From contig CAVQZC010000003.1 in assembly GCA_963718315.1 (NCBI GenBank), forward strand, positions 151,748 through 215,747: a DNA stretch of 64,000 nt. The letters run 5' to 3'. The stretch comes from an uncultured Actinomycetes bacterium. GTDB taxonomy: Bacteria > Actinomycetota > Thermoleophilia > Gaiellales > JAICJC01. The notes under the pieces were generated by a model. It did no database searches, was not told the DNA's origin, and saw only the letters and a program-made list of their open reading frames with translations. Below are positions 21,099 to 31,647 of the stretch, in pieces (positions within the stretch are counted from its first letter, which is position 1; each line of letters begins with the position of its first letter). The position numbers and the translations under genes are program-made.

Positions 21099-21995
21099 TC
21101 AGCCGACCTCGATCTCGAACGCCGCTCGGTGCTCCTCGCCGGCCTCCAGGATGTGCAGGCCATCGCCGGTGGCCAGCGCATTGGTCGGCGCCGTCATCGG
21201 CTCGTAGCAGACCACCTCGGGGTCGGGCGGGGCCCAGACCTGCGCGAACCGGTAGCCCTCCAGCCAGCGGACGGTGAGGCGAAGCCCGCCGCCGGCCAGC
21301 ACGAACTCCGCGCCGTCCGGGATGTCGGCGTAGCCGTCGTCGTAGGTCCTGCCGGCCAGCGGCCCGGACGGGATCGGCGCCTGCTCCAGCTCTCCCGTCG
21401 GCAAGGCGAGGTGGTCGGTGGCGATGTGGGTGGTCACGGGCGCGTCGATCTCCCAGTCGTCGCGTGGGACGTCAGGGAGGTGGAGGTAGGGGTGGTAGCC
21501 GAAGCTGACCGGAACCGCCCCCTCATCGTGTGCGCGCACGGTGGTTTCGATGCGCAGCGCCGAGTCGGTGAGGGTAGCGGTCACCGTGACCGTGTGGCGG
21601 AAAGGGAAGCACGCCGAGAGCGCCGGGCTGTGGTCGCTTAGGAGCTCCGCCCGCAACCAGCCCAGCGAGGCTTCCTTCACCTCGAACGGCAGCTCAGCGG
21701 GGATCACCCCGTGGATGGGAGTGCCGTTCCCGTCGGCTTTCTGCATGGGGCTGGAGGCGTCTGCGACCACGTCACGACCGGCGACCCTGTGGACGCCTGA
21801 CGCCAGCCGGTTGGCCCACGGATAGAGCAGCGGGATGCCCATCGTCGAGCCGCCGGCGTAGCCGTCGAGGCCGCCCCGCAACACGAGCAGCTCCCGGTTC
21901 CGATGCTTCAGGGAGCACCCCACCATCGCCAGCTGGGGAGCGAAGGTTGCCTCCAGCTCTCGGGACGGGGAGACCACCTTGCGCAGCTCCGTCAT
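21099..21995 (-). CDS. Aldose 1-epimerase (galactose mutarotase-like) family protein
   Basis: 298 aa. LLYPWANRL, PIHG, FGYHPYL and YEPMTAP motifs. Confidence 0.85.
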   Translation of the reverse strand: MTELRKVVSPSRELEATFAPQLAMVGCSLKHRNRELLVLRGGLDGYAGGSTMGIPLLYPWANRLASGVHRVAGRDVVADASSPMQKADGNGTPIHGVIPAELPFEVKEASLGWLRAELLSDHSPALSACFPFRHTVTVTATLTDSALRIETTVRAHDEGAVPVSFGYHPYLHLPDVPRDDWEIDAPVTTHIATDHLALPTGELEQAPIPSGPLAGRTYDDGYADIPDGAEFVLAGGGLRLTVRWLEGYRFAQVWAPPDPEVVCYEPMTAPTNALATGDGLHILEAGEEHRAAFEIEVG

Positions 21996-21999
21996 CTGT

Positions 22000-23064
22000 T
22001 CACTCCCGCTTCGTTTGGTTGCTCTGGCGCATGGCCCGGCTCTGGGTGCGCCAGCGCCGGCGTTCGTCGGCCTGCGCGCGGGCGTCCTGCTTGAGGGCCT
22101 GGTGCCTCAGCTCGCGCTCGAGTTTGCGGTAGCTTGCCAGCCGCTCGGCGGGCAGCGTCCCGGCGCGGATCGCTTCCCTTACAGCGCACCCCGGTTCCTG
22201 TTCGTGCGTGCAGTCACGGAACTTGCAGTCGCCGGCGAGCTGCTCGACGTCTGCGAACGTCTGCGCCAGCCCGTCGCCGTCGTTCCACAGCGACACCGAC
22301 CGCATGCCCGGCGTGTCGATCACCAGCGCCCCACTGGGCAGCAGGATCAGCTCCCGGTGCGTGGTCGTGTGGCGGCCACGGCCGTCACGGTCGCGGATCT
22401 CGCTGACCTTCTGCAGGTCCTCGCCGGCCAGGGCGTTCACCAGGGTCGACTTGCCGGCTCCGGACATACCCAGCAGGGCGGCGGTGGTGCCCGGCTGGAG
22501 GTGGGCCTGGAGCAGCTCCATTCCCGCGCCGGTAGGGGCGCTGATCGCGATCACGGGGACGCCGAATGTCACCGACTCCACCTCGGCCACGATCGGCGCC
22601 AGATCATCGGACAGGTCGGCCTTGGTCAGGACGACGATCGGCGCGGCGCCGCTCTGCCACGCCAGCGTCAGGTAGCGCTCGATCCGCCGTAGGCTGATTC
22701 GCTGGTCGACGCCGTTCAGCACCAGCACGGCGTCCATGTTGGCGGCGACCACCTGCTGAATGGTCTCGTCGCCCGCCGCGCCCCGGATGAACTGGGTGCG
22801 ACGCGGCAAGACCTCGCGGATGACTACGCCGTCCTGGTCGCTGCCCAGCTCGATCGCGACCCAGTCGCCGACCACTGCCTGCGCTTCGCCGTGTGTCGCG
22901 AGCGCCCGCACCGGGCCCTCGGCGGTCAGTACGGTGCAGGCGCCGCGGTCGACCCGGGCGACCCGCCCGCAGAGCAGGCCGCGCGCGGCGTAGGCCGCGA
23001 CGTCCTGTTCCATGTCCTCGCGCAGGCCTAGTGCCGCCAGCGCCGAGGTATCTGCTTCCTTCAC
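22000..23064 (-). CDS. rsgA: Ribosome small-subunit-dependent GTPase A
   Basis: GTG 23064 with GGAG upstream. VLTKADL, GMSGAGKSTLVNAL, GRHTTT and the C-terminal zinc knuckle CKFRDCTHEQEPGCAV. Confidence 0.88.
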   Translation of the reverse strand: MKEADTSALAALGLREDMEQDVAAYAARGLLCGRVARVDRGACTVLTAEGPVRALATHGEAQAVVGDWVAIELGSDQDGVVIREVLPRRTQFIRGAAGDETIQQVVAANMDAVLVLNGVDQRISLRRIERYLTLAWQSGAAPIVVLTKADLSDDLAPIVAEVESVTFGVPVIAISAPTGAGMELLQAHLQPGTTAALLGMSGAGKSTLVNALAGEDLQKVSEIRDRDGRGRHTTTHRELILLPSGALVIDTPGMRSVSLWNDGDGLAQTFADVEQLAGDCKFRDCTHEQEPGCAVREAIRAGTLPAERLASYRKLERELRHQALKQDARAQADERRRWRTQSRAMRQSNQTKRE

Positions 23065-23431
23065 GTGTGGTCTCCGTCGGAGGGGAACCGTCGCCGATTC
23101 CAGGTGACCCTCCGCGGGTCGTCGACGGCGATCGTCAGGCGTCGCTCCACCGGCGGAGGTGCGGTACGTGGGGACGAGCTGACAGATTCTTGGCCATGGT
23201 GTACCGCCTCCTTCCAGGTGGGCTGAGTGGGCAGATCCGGGGGAAAGTGTAGCAACGGGTACCTGCGCATGCCCGCCGGGGCACCCGCTACCGTGCCGAC
23301 TTCGCTCCACATAGACCGCGCCGGCGGGGTCGCCGGTTACTGCGGTCTGCGTCCCTGGGCTCCCGGAGGTGACAGCTCCGCGGAGGGCGCAGTTCTGTCC
23401 CCGAGAAGGAGGATGTTCCCTGAGGTACCGA

Positions 23432-23974
23432 ATGATCGTCGCCGCGCTGACGCTCGCGGCTATTGGGATTACAGCGTCGGTCACCACGTCGGCCATCGCG
23501 TCGACACCGTCCTCGGATAAGGCCGTGCCCCACGCTCTGCACATGGCGCGGGTTCGCACCGTATTTGCCCGCATCCGGGCGACTCACGCCGCCGCCTCGA
23601 TCGGTGTGCGGTTCACGCCCGGCAAGAACGAGACCAGAATCGTCTCGATCGGGTACCTGAACTGGCTCTATCGCGATTTCCAGGGCCACGACCGCTACTA
23701 CGCGTACCTCCACGCCCGTCGCATCCCCGGGCTGATGTGCATCCACAGCCATGAGGGCGCCTGGAACGCCTACAACCCGGCCGGGTACTACGGCGGGCTG
23801 CAGATGGACTGGTCGTTCATGCGCACGTACGGATGGGACATGTTGCGCAAGTACCACTGGCGCGACGCCCGCTACTGGTCGCCGACCGACCAGCTGGCGG
23901 TCGCCAGCCGCGCCGTCGCCCATCGCGGCTACTGGCCCTGGTACAACTCCGCGGCCGCCTGCGGTCTGATTTAG
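23432..23974 (+). CDS. Secreted Rpf-like transglycosylase-domain protein
   Basis: ATG 23432 with GAGG 6 nt upstream. Signal-like MIVAALTLAAIGITASV. CIHSHEGAWNAYNPAGYYGGLQM...W resembles the resuscitation-promoting-factor transglycosylase-like domain. Confidence 0.7.
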   Translation: MIVAALTLAAIGITASVTTSAIASTPSSDKAVPHALHMARVRTVFARIRATHAAASIGVRFTPGKNETRIVSIGYLNWLYRDFQGHDRYYAYLHARRIPGLMCIHSHEGAWNAYNPAGYYGGLQMDWSFMRTYGWDMLRKYHWRDARYWSPTDQLAVASRAVAHRGYWPWYNSAAACGLI

Positions 23975-24009
23975 ATGGTTGGTTCCACGACGGCGTGAGG
24001 GGTGGGCGA

Positions 24010-24249
24010 GCGTGAATCGGTGGCTGGGCAGGCCGCAGGGAGCGCGCGGGCTGGTGGCCCGTGTGCTCCCGAGAACGAACCCAGACGCCGATTCACGCCG
24101 AAGCCGAGCCGGCTGAATCGGGCAAGTCCCGCTTCAGCCGGCTGGCGGCCACCACCGCGGCGGCGTGGAATCACCCATCTCGTCGCGTTGACGGGGCGTC
24201 AGCCCCGTGATCTGGCTCCGGCCGGGCGGTGACAGCCACCGCCCGGCCG
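24010..24249 (+). other. Unclassified highly structured element: four strong hairpins between the rpf-like and GGDEF-EAL genes
   Basis: Hairpin 1: 24010-24020 pairs with 24088-24098, with nested stems 24024-28/24080-84, 24038-43/24065-70 and 24048-51/24057-60. Hairpin 2: 24107-24117 with 24133-24143. Hairpin 3: 24191-97 with 24202-08. Hairpin 4: a perfect 13-bp stem, 24219-31 with 24237-49, followed by CCTTTCC. Confidence 0.35.
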
Positions 24250-24297
24250 CCTTTCCTGCACTCAAGCGGATTCCCCGGGACTCCGATACCAGATGGG

Positions 24298-26899
24298 ATG
24301 TCCTCGGATTCCCGTTTGCGGGCGCTGCTCGACCTGTCCCGCGCGCTGTCGTCCAGCCTCGAGCTGCGCGAGGTGCTGCGTGCGTTCACGATGCAGGCGA
24401 CCGAGCTGACCGGCGCCTCGGCCACGTCGATCTCCGCCTGGGATCGCGACCGTGACGTCCTGACCACCCTTACGGATTACCAGCGCGGCCTGTTCGGTGA
24501 GCTGGTCGAGGGCGCACCCGAGTACCCGCTGTCGGACTACCCCGAGTCGCGGCGGGTGCTGGAGACCCACGAGTCGTACTCCGTGCGGGTCGCAGACCCG
24601 GCCGGCGATCCCGCCGAGCAGGAGTTGCTCCAGCAGGAGGGACACAGCTCCCTGCTGATGCTCCCACTGGTCACCCGCGGCGAGGCGATCGGCCTGATCG
24701 AGATCGTCGACGACAACGACCGCGACTGGAGCAATGACGACGTCGAGTTCTGCCGGTCGCTGGCCGACGTCGCCGCCGCGGCGATCGCCAACGCCCAGCT
24801 GCACGAGCGCCACCGCGCCGCCGAGGCGCGCTACCGGTCGCTGATCGAGCATCTGCCGGCGGTCACCTACATCGACGTCGCCGGAACCGGCGAGCCGGTG
24901 TACGTCAGCCCCCAGATCGAGACGGTCATGGGCGTCCCCCGGGAGGAGTGGCTGGACAACGCATCGGGCTGGGCGCAGCGGCTCCATCCTGACGACGCCA
25001 ACGCGGTCGGGGAGTACGCGGAGGCGGTGCTCTCGTGCGCGCCGTATGCCGCCGAGTACCGGCTGATCGATCTCCAGGGGCGGACGCGCTGGTTCCGCGA
25101 CGCGGCCGGCCCGGTGCGCGACGCCGATGGCAAGCCGGTCTACATGCAGGGCGTGATCTTCGACATCACCGCCCGCAAGGAGGCCGAGGCCGCGCTGGGC
25201 CAGTCCGAGGCCCGCTTCCGCGAGATGCTCGAGAACGTGCGCCTGGTCGCCGTGACCTGCGACGTCGACGGCAAGATCATGTTCTGCAACCAGTACCTGG
25301 CCGAGCTGACAGGGTGGTCGGCCGAGGAGCTGGTCGGCCGCGACTGGATCGAGATGCTGACGCCCGAGGACCACCGGGAGATGGAGCAGCGAACGATGTC
25401 GCTGACCAGCTCCGGCCACACGGTGTCGCACTACGAGAGTGCCATTCTCACCCGCGACGGCCACCGCCGGCTGCTCTCCTGGAACAACACCGTGCTGCGC
25501 GACCTGACGGGAGCGCCGATCGGCGTGGCGTCGATCGGCGAGGACATCACCGACCGCCGCGACGCCGAGCGCGAGCTGGAGCGGCTGGCCTACCACGACC
25601 CGCTGACCGGGCTCCCGAACCGGATCCTCTTCCAGGAGCATCTCGACCTGGCGTTGGCCCGCGCCCGCCGGTCGGGCGACGGCGTCGCGGTGCTGTACGT
25701 CGACCTCGACGACTTCAAGCTCGTCAACGACAGCTTCGGGCACAGCGCCGGCGACCAGCTGCTGTGCGAGGTGGCGACGCGCCTGCAGGGGGCGACGCGG
25801 GCCTCCGACGTGGTTGCCCGTCAGGGCGGCGACGAGTTCCTGATCCTGATCGCCGACCTCGACGTCGGCGACGACCGGGCCAGCGTGGACATCGAGGACA
25901 TCGCACGCCGGGTCGCCGAGCAGGTGCGCGCTTCGCTGCAGACGCCGATGGTGCTGGCAGACACAGAGATCTACACCAGCGCCAGCCTGGGCATCAGCAT
26001 CTTCCCGGTCGACGCTCCCGACGCCGAGAGCCTGCTCAAGCACGCCGACATCGCCATGTACAAGGCCAAGGACAGTGGGCGCGACGGCTACCAGCTGTTC
26101 GCGGCCGGCGGCCATGACCCGCGGGCGCAGCTCTCGATGGCAGGGCGCCTGCGCCGGGCGGTCGAGCGCGAGGAGCTGATCGCTGCACTACCAGCCGCTG
26201 GTCGACCTCGAGTCGGGCGGCATCGTCGGGGCGGAGGCGCTGCTCCGCTGGAGGGACGGCTCGCGCGGGCTGGTGCAGCCCAACGCGTTCATCCCGCTGG
26301 CCGAGCGCACCGGCCTGATCGGGCCGATCTCCGACTGGGTGATCGAGGAGGCCTGCCGGCAGAGCGCCGAGTGGCGCGCGGCCGGCCTCGACATGTACGT
26401 GTCGGTGAACCTGCCGGCCATCTTCTGGCAGCCGACGGCGATGCGCCAGGTGCTCGAGACCATCGAGTCGTTTGGCCTGGCCGCCAACCGGATGATGATC
26501 GAGATCACCGAGTCGACGGTGATGGCGGACGCCCTGCGCTCCGAGCCGATCATCGCCGAGCTCCACGAGCGCGGACTTCGTCTGGCCATCGACGACTTCG
26601 GCACCGGCCACTCGTCGCTCTCGCGGCTCAACCAGATGCAGGTGACGACGCTCAAGATCGACCGCTCGTTCGTGTCCGACCTGCCGGGCGACGCCAGCGC
26701 GGCCGTGCTCGTCTCGACGATCATCCAGCTCGCCCGCAACCTCGGCCTGCAGCCTCTCGCCGAGGGCATCGAGACCGAGGAGCAGCGGCAGTTCCTGGTC
26801 GATCACGGCTGCCCGCTGGGTCAGGGCTTCCTGTTCAGCCGGCCCGTTCCAGCCGCGCAGATCGTCGGCCTGTACTACGCCCAGCGCCCCGCCGCCTGA
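24298..26899 (+). pseudogene. GAF-PAS-PAS-GGDEF-EAL signalling protein (c-di-GMP turnover), one frameshift near 26182
   Basis: ATG 24298 chosen because GTG 24229 lies inside the 13-bp hairpin. RQGGDEFLIL lies in the first frame. After ...VEREELI the EAL domain continues in ORF 26273-26899 and its upstream extension (HYQPLVDLESGGIVGAEALLRW, EITES, DDFGTGHSSL, EGIETEEQ). Confidence 0.8.
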
Positions 26900-27082
26900 G
26901 GCACCTGGCCACCTGGGCTGCGCCCCGCCCCGGCCGCAGCCGGGACGGGACGCGTGTCGCCCTAGCGCGCTAGCAGATGAACGCGGGGTTCGAGGTGCCC
27001 CCCGTCGTGGTTGGTTGCGCGGGCCACCCCTACCGCCGCGTGGGGCGGCTGTCCACTTTCGGACCCTGGCTATCCTTAGGGC

Positions 27083-27707
27083 ATGCCTGTTGCGATCACG
27101 GACGCTGCGCGCGACCACGTCATCGAGATTCGCTCCGCCGAGCCGGAGCCCGATCAGCTCGCGCTGTGGGTCGAGATCGTGGGGCTGTCGGCCGGCGGAT
27201 ACGCCTACGACATGGCGTTTCTTCGCACGGCCGAGGTCGAGGAGTCGGACGTCGTCGTCGATGTCGGCGGCGGGTTGACGATCGTCCTGCCGCGGCTCGA
27301 TGCGCCCGCTCTCGACTGGGGCCACGATCGACCTGTCGCCGGAGTTCGGCGGCGGACTGGTGATCGACAACCCCAACTCGCCCTACCCGGCCAGCCCCGA
27401 CATCCCGACGGCGGCCCCAGGCGAGCTCACCGGCGACGTCGAGAGCCAGGTGCGCCAGGTGCTCGACCAGTGGATCAACCCGGCGATCGCCGCGCACGGC
27501 GGCCGCGCCGAGCTGGTCGGCGTCGACGGCGACGTGGCCATGCTGCGGCTGGGCGGTGGCTGCCAGGGCTGCGGCATGGCGTCGGTGACTCTGTCCCAGG
27601 GCATCGAGTCGGCGATCTGCCAGAGCGTCCCCGAGATCTCCCGCATCGTCGACGTCACCGATCACGCAAGCGGCGCCAACCCGTATCACCCCGCCGCCGC
27701 GACCTGA
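27083..27707 (+). pseudogene. NfuA-like Fe-S cluster carrier (IscA/HesB-like N-domain + Nfu C-domain), one frameshift near 27318
   Basis: The N-terminal domain (MPVAITDAARDHVIEIR...) is in frame 2. The C-terminal GATIDLSPEFGGGLVIDNPN...HGGRAELVGVDGDVAMLRLGGGCQGCGMA is in ORF 27300-27707. Confidence 0.75.
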
Positions 27708-27712
27708 TCGCC

Positions 27713-27760
27713 GCAACTCGTGCCCCAGAACTTCGCAAATAGCGGGAATTACCGAGTTGC
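27713..27760 (+). terminator. Hairpin just after the nfuA-like stop (possible terminator, no T-tract)
   Basis: GCAACTCG (27713-27720) pairs with CGAGTTGC (27753-27760). Confidence 0.25.
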
Positions 27761-27947
27761 ACCCAGGTGTGGGGTGTCGTAGGTTGTGCATGCGCCGCTC
27801 AGGGCAGCCGAGTAGGTTGAAGCCAGGCGGACGGATCGTAGAGGCGACTCGAAAGTTCGTTCGTGTGGGGGACGAAAGGCAAGCCGGGGCGGCGAATCCT
27901 TTTAATCGTTGCCGGCGCCGCTGGTCTCTCCGAGAAGCCCGTTGAGC

Positions 27948-28382
27948 TCAGCTACCGCTGACAGCGGCGGTTAGCCGGTCGGCCGTGCGCTGAGTCGGCG
28001 CGATCACGATGAAGAACAGATTGTCGTTGATCGCCGTCTCCAGCCCGCTGCCGTCGAGGTGCCCGGTCTTGACGATGTAGGCCTGGGCCTCCAGGGCGCT
28101 GGTGTGGCTGTCGCAGACCAGCGCGTTGATGTAGCCGCTCAGGCTGGCGCCGCGCAGCCAGGCGGCGCAGCCGCGGAGCGCGAGTGGGAGCGACACGATC
28201 GCGTGGCGCGATGGGTGCTCGATGCCGCGGACGTGATCCATCCCGGCCCGGGTGAGGAGCGTCTTTGCGTTGGCGTACGACCGGTGCGACCCGGCGCGGC
28301 CGGCCGACGCGAATCCCAGAACCAGGCCGGCCACGATCAGCAGGGCGGCTCCGAGCAGCAGCCGGGATGCGACCGTCTTCAT
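27948..28382 (-). CDS. Hypothetical membrane-anchored/secreted protein
   Basis: 144-aa ORF with N-terminal signal/anchor MKTVASRLLLGAALLIVAGLVLGF. ATGA overlap with the adenine deaminase stop. Confidence 0.55.
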   Translation of the reverse strand: MKTVASRLLLGAALLIVAGLVLGFASAGRAGSHRSYANAKTLLTRAGMDHVRGIEHPSRHAIVSLPLALRGCAAWLRGASLSGYINALVCDSHTSALEAQAYIVKTGHLDGSGLETAINDNLFFIVIAPTQRTADRLTAAVSGS

Positions 28383-30097
28383 CGACCGGCCTCCACGCCG
28401 AGCGGGACGATCTGGAAGCGGTCGACGTCGACCAGCCCCTGGTCGGTCAGCTTGAGGGCGGGGATCACTGAGAGAGCGAGGAAGCTGAGTGAGTGGAACG
28501 GGCCGCCCTCGAACTCGCAGCCGAGCGAGCGGGAGGCCTCGGTGAGCGCCCCGGTCTGGCCGACGACGTCGGCGACGGGCGCCTCGGAGAGCAAACCGGC
28601 GACAGGCAGCGGCAGCTCGGCGAGCACCTGACCGCCGGCCACGGCGACCATGCCACCGCCCAGCTCCGCCAGCCGTCGCACGGCCGCCAGCATGTCCGCG
28701 TCGTCAACGCCCGCAACGATCAGGTTGTGAGCGTCGTGCGCGACGCTGGATGCGATCGCGCCGCGCAGCAGGCCGAACCCGCGCACGAACCCCAGACCCA
28801 CCCGCCGCGTGCCCAGGTGCCGCTCGACGACCGCCAGCTTCGCGAGGTCGCGGGTCGGGTCGGCGACCGCATGGCCCCCGGCGACGGCAAGCCGTTCGTG
28901 CACCTCGGCGGTCAGGATCTGGCCGGGGATCAGCTCGATCACGCGGGCATCGCCTTCGGGCGCCGGTACGGCGAGCGCGTCCACCTGCAGGCCGTCGATC
29001 CGCACGGTGTTGAGCGTCCATGCGGGTACGGGCACACGCTCTGGCCAGTCCGGCCGGCGGCCGGCCACCAGCACCTCGTCAGGCACGAAGCGCTCGAGGT
29101 CCGGCAGCAGGAGGAGATCGGCGCGCCGCCCCGCGGCGATCGCGCCGCGGTCGTCCAGCCCGTGCCAGGTGGCGGCCGTCAGCGACGCCATCACCAGGGC
29201 ATCGAGCGGGTCGACCCCGGTTCGCACCGCATCCCTGACCAGGGCGTTGACGTGCCCGTCGGAAGCGATGTGGTCGGGGTCGCGGTCGTCGGTGCAGAGC
29301 GCGATCCGATGCGGCCCGAACCGCTCTGCCAGCGGGATCAGCGCCTCCAGGTTCCGGGCGCCGGACGCCTCGCGGACGAAAAGCACCATGCCGGCCCGCA
29401 GCCGCTCCAGCCCTTCGGCCAGCGTCGTCGCCTCATGGTCCGAGCCAATGCCGGCGCTCGCATACGCCTGCAGCGCCGCTCCCCTGACGGCGGGCGCGTG
29501 CCCGTCGACGCGGCCGCCGCCCGCCACTGCCAGCTTCGCCAGCTCCGCCGGGTCGCCGCCGATCACCCCCGGGAAGTTCATCATCTCGGCCAGCCCCAGC
29601 ATCCGCCGTCGCCGCAGTAGCCCTTCCAGGTCGCCGGTGCCGAGCGGCCGCCGCGGCGACTCGAACCGCGACGCCGGCACGCAGGACGGCGCACGGAAGT
29701 AGATGTCCAGCGGCAGCCCCTCGGCGCAGTCGACCAGCCAGTGCACGCCGTCGGTGCCGAGCACGTTGGCCACCTCATGCGGGTCGGCGATGACGGTCGT
29801 GGTGCCCAGCGGGACAACCAGCCGTGCGACCTCGTCGGGCAGGAGCAGGGTCGACTCCAGGTGCATGTGGGCGTCGATGAATCCGGGGACGACGAACCGG
29901 CCGCCGGCGTCCAGCACCTCCACGCCCTCGTACGACCCGACCCCGGCGATCGCGCCGTCGCAGATGGCGACGTCCGCCTGCAGCCACTCGCGCGTGAATG
30001 ACGACAGCACGTGGCCTCCACGGACGACGAGGTCTGCCGGCTCGTCTCCGCGCGCCACAGCCAGCCTTCGCCCCAGATCCCTCACGGGGCGAAGCAT
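28379..30097 (-). CDS. ade: Adenine deaminase
   Basis: 572 aa. PGFIDAHMHLES, ADPHEVANV and GHAP...GIGSDHE are typical of the amidohydrolase-family Ade. Confidence 0.9.
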   Translation of the reverse strand: MLRPVRDLGRRLAVARGDEPADLVVRGGHVLSSFTREWLQADVAICDGAIAGVGSYEGVEVLDAGGRFVVPGFIDAHMHLESTLLLPDEVARLVVPLGTTTVIADPHEVANVLGTDGVHWLVDCAEGLPLDIYFRAPSCVPASRFESPRRPLGTGDLEGLLRRRRMLGLAEMMNFPGVIGGDPAELAKLAVAGGGRVDGHAPAVRGAALQAYASAGIGSDHEATTLAEGLERLRAGMVLFVREASGARNLEALIPLAERFGPHRIALCTDDRDPDHIASDGHVNALVRDAVRTGVDPLDALVMASLTAATWHGLDDRGAIAAGRRADLLLLPDLERFVPDEVLVAGRRPDWPERVPVPAWTLNTVRIDGLQVDALAVPAPEGDARVIELIPGQILTAEVHERLAVAGGHAVADPTRDLAKLAVVERHLGTRRVGLGFVRGFGLLRGAIASSVAHDAHNLIVAGVDDADMLAAVRRLAELGGGMVAVAGGQVLAELPLPVAGLLSEAPVADVVGQTGALTEASRSLGCEFEGGPFHSLSFLALSVIPALKLTDQGLVDVDRFQIVPLGVEAGR

Positions 30098-30128
30098 ACG
30101 GGGCGGCGAGCGCCTGCCGGCCCGGTGG

Positions 30129-31525
30129 CTAGTGGTAGGCGATCAGTCCGCCGTCAAGCGTCGCCGTCACGACGTAGCCGTCGGCGAACACCGGCTGCGA
30201 GAACTCCTCTCGTCGACTCCGGGATCGTCCGCAGCACGGTGCCCGTGGCGGGGTCGACGAAGTACAGGGCGTTCGGGTTCGCGCTGTCCCAGGTGGCCAC
30301 AGCGATCACTCCGCCGCCGCTCTCCGACGGCGTTCCCAGCACGGCGGCTCCGAGGGCGGTCTGCCACTTCGTCGCGCCGGTAGCCGGGTTGAGCGAGCGG
30401 ATCGAGCCGGGAACCTTGACGCCGTGGATCTTCGTCTGCTGGCCCGAGACGATCAGGTTGGTGCCGTCCCAGATCGCTCCCGCCGTGCACGGCCCGCGAC
30501 CCACGTCGACGTTGATCTGCCAGACCTCCGTCATCGTCTGTGTGTCGATGGCGTAGAACTTGCCGTTCTTGTTGCAGTCTCCGATCATCGGCGTTGCAAC
30601 ACCGCCGATGGTTGCGGTGAACGGCACCACGGAGGCTCCGAAACCGCCGTCTGGCACCAGGTCGGCCGTGGGCACCTGCCAGATCGCCTTCTTCTTGAGC
30701 GTCTTCGCGTTGAGATCCACGATCGATTCGCTGTCGCCGCGCGGCGCGCTCAGGCTGAGCGCGTTGGCGACGCCCACCCAGACATCCGTCGAGGTGACCG
30801 CGGCGGTCGACCAGATCGAGCCGCCCACAGTCCCCGCCGGCGTACCCGCCAGCGTGTGGTAGGTGTGCTGCAGGTTTCCGGTGGACTGCGAGAACTTCAG
30901 CAGCCCGCCCTGGATCAACGGGTCGTCGCAGTCGCTGGCGATACCGAGGTAGATGGAGCCGTTCGCGATGGTCGGGGACGACCAGTTCATGTAGTTGTTC
31001 TGCGTCTTGCTGGGGATCTTCGTCTTGACCTTCCAGTTGACCGTGCCGGTCGCTGCGTCGAGGGCGTAGAGGTAGCCGTCGCCGCCGGCGTCGTAGATCG
31101 TCAGCTTCCCCGTCGTCGGGTCGTTCGCGGCTGCCGGCGAGGCGACGAACCCGAAGCCTTCGCACTCCTTCTTGGTCTGGTAGGCCCCGAGGTTGTCCGT
31201 CCACAGCACGTTGCCGGTGCTCAGCGACAATGCGTAGAAGGCGCCGTTGGTGGATCCCTCGTAGACCGTGCCGTTGACGACGTCTGGCGTCGAGTACAAC
31301 GTCCGAGCAGGGCTGCCGGCGATGATGGGCGGCGTCCACGACCAGGCCTGGCTGAGCCCGGCGACAGTCGCCGGTGCTCACCGTCGCGTCCGCCGAGACC
31401 GAGCTGTGCAGCGGGTTGGAGAGGAACGACGTCCAGTCGGCCGTCGGGCCTGCCGCAGCCGACCCCGTGACGGTGAGCGCCGCCAGCACCGTCAGGCACA
31501 GAACGAGGCGCGACCGTGGAGCCAT
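30129..31525 (-). pseudogene. Secreted PQQ-like beta-propeller repeat protein, copy 1, two frameshifts near 31372 and 30208
   Basis: Signal MAPRSRLVLCLTVLAALTVTGSAAAG. The body lies in ORF 30154-31299. The C-terminal EEFSQPVFADGYVVTATLDGGLIAYH is in a third frame ending at 30129. Collinear with the intact copy at 33107-34501. Confidence 0.75.
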
Positions 31526-31647
31526 CAGGACCCTTCCCTACTCATCGAGACAACCAGACCCGCGACGAGGGTACCCGCTTCAACCGCTCTGCGCCAGCCC
31601 TATGGCGGCCACGCACCCGAGACGCGCCGGTGCAGCCTACCCAGTGG

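Noticed and set aside
23065-23431. A c-di-AMP (ydaO) riboswitch upstream of the Rpf-like gene, as occurs upstream of rpfA and cell-wall hydrolase genes in Actinomycetota.
   Set aside because: I could not find the conserved GGGGUGAAUC, GGGGA.CCCA or CAGCUAACCUCG boxes in 23100-23431, only vague G-rich resemblances. A cmscan with RF00379 would settle it.
24229-24297. GTG 24229 as the start of the GGDEF-EAL gene.
   Set aside because: It lies inside the perfect 13-bp hairpin (24219-24249), and the encoded 23 aa have no family signal. ATG 24298 (MSSDSRLRALLDLSRAL, the start of the GAF region) is preferred, though without a clear Shine-Dalgarno.
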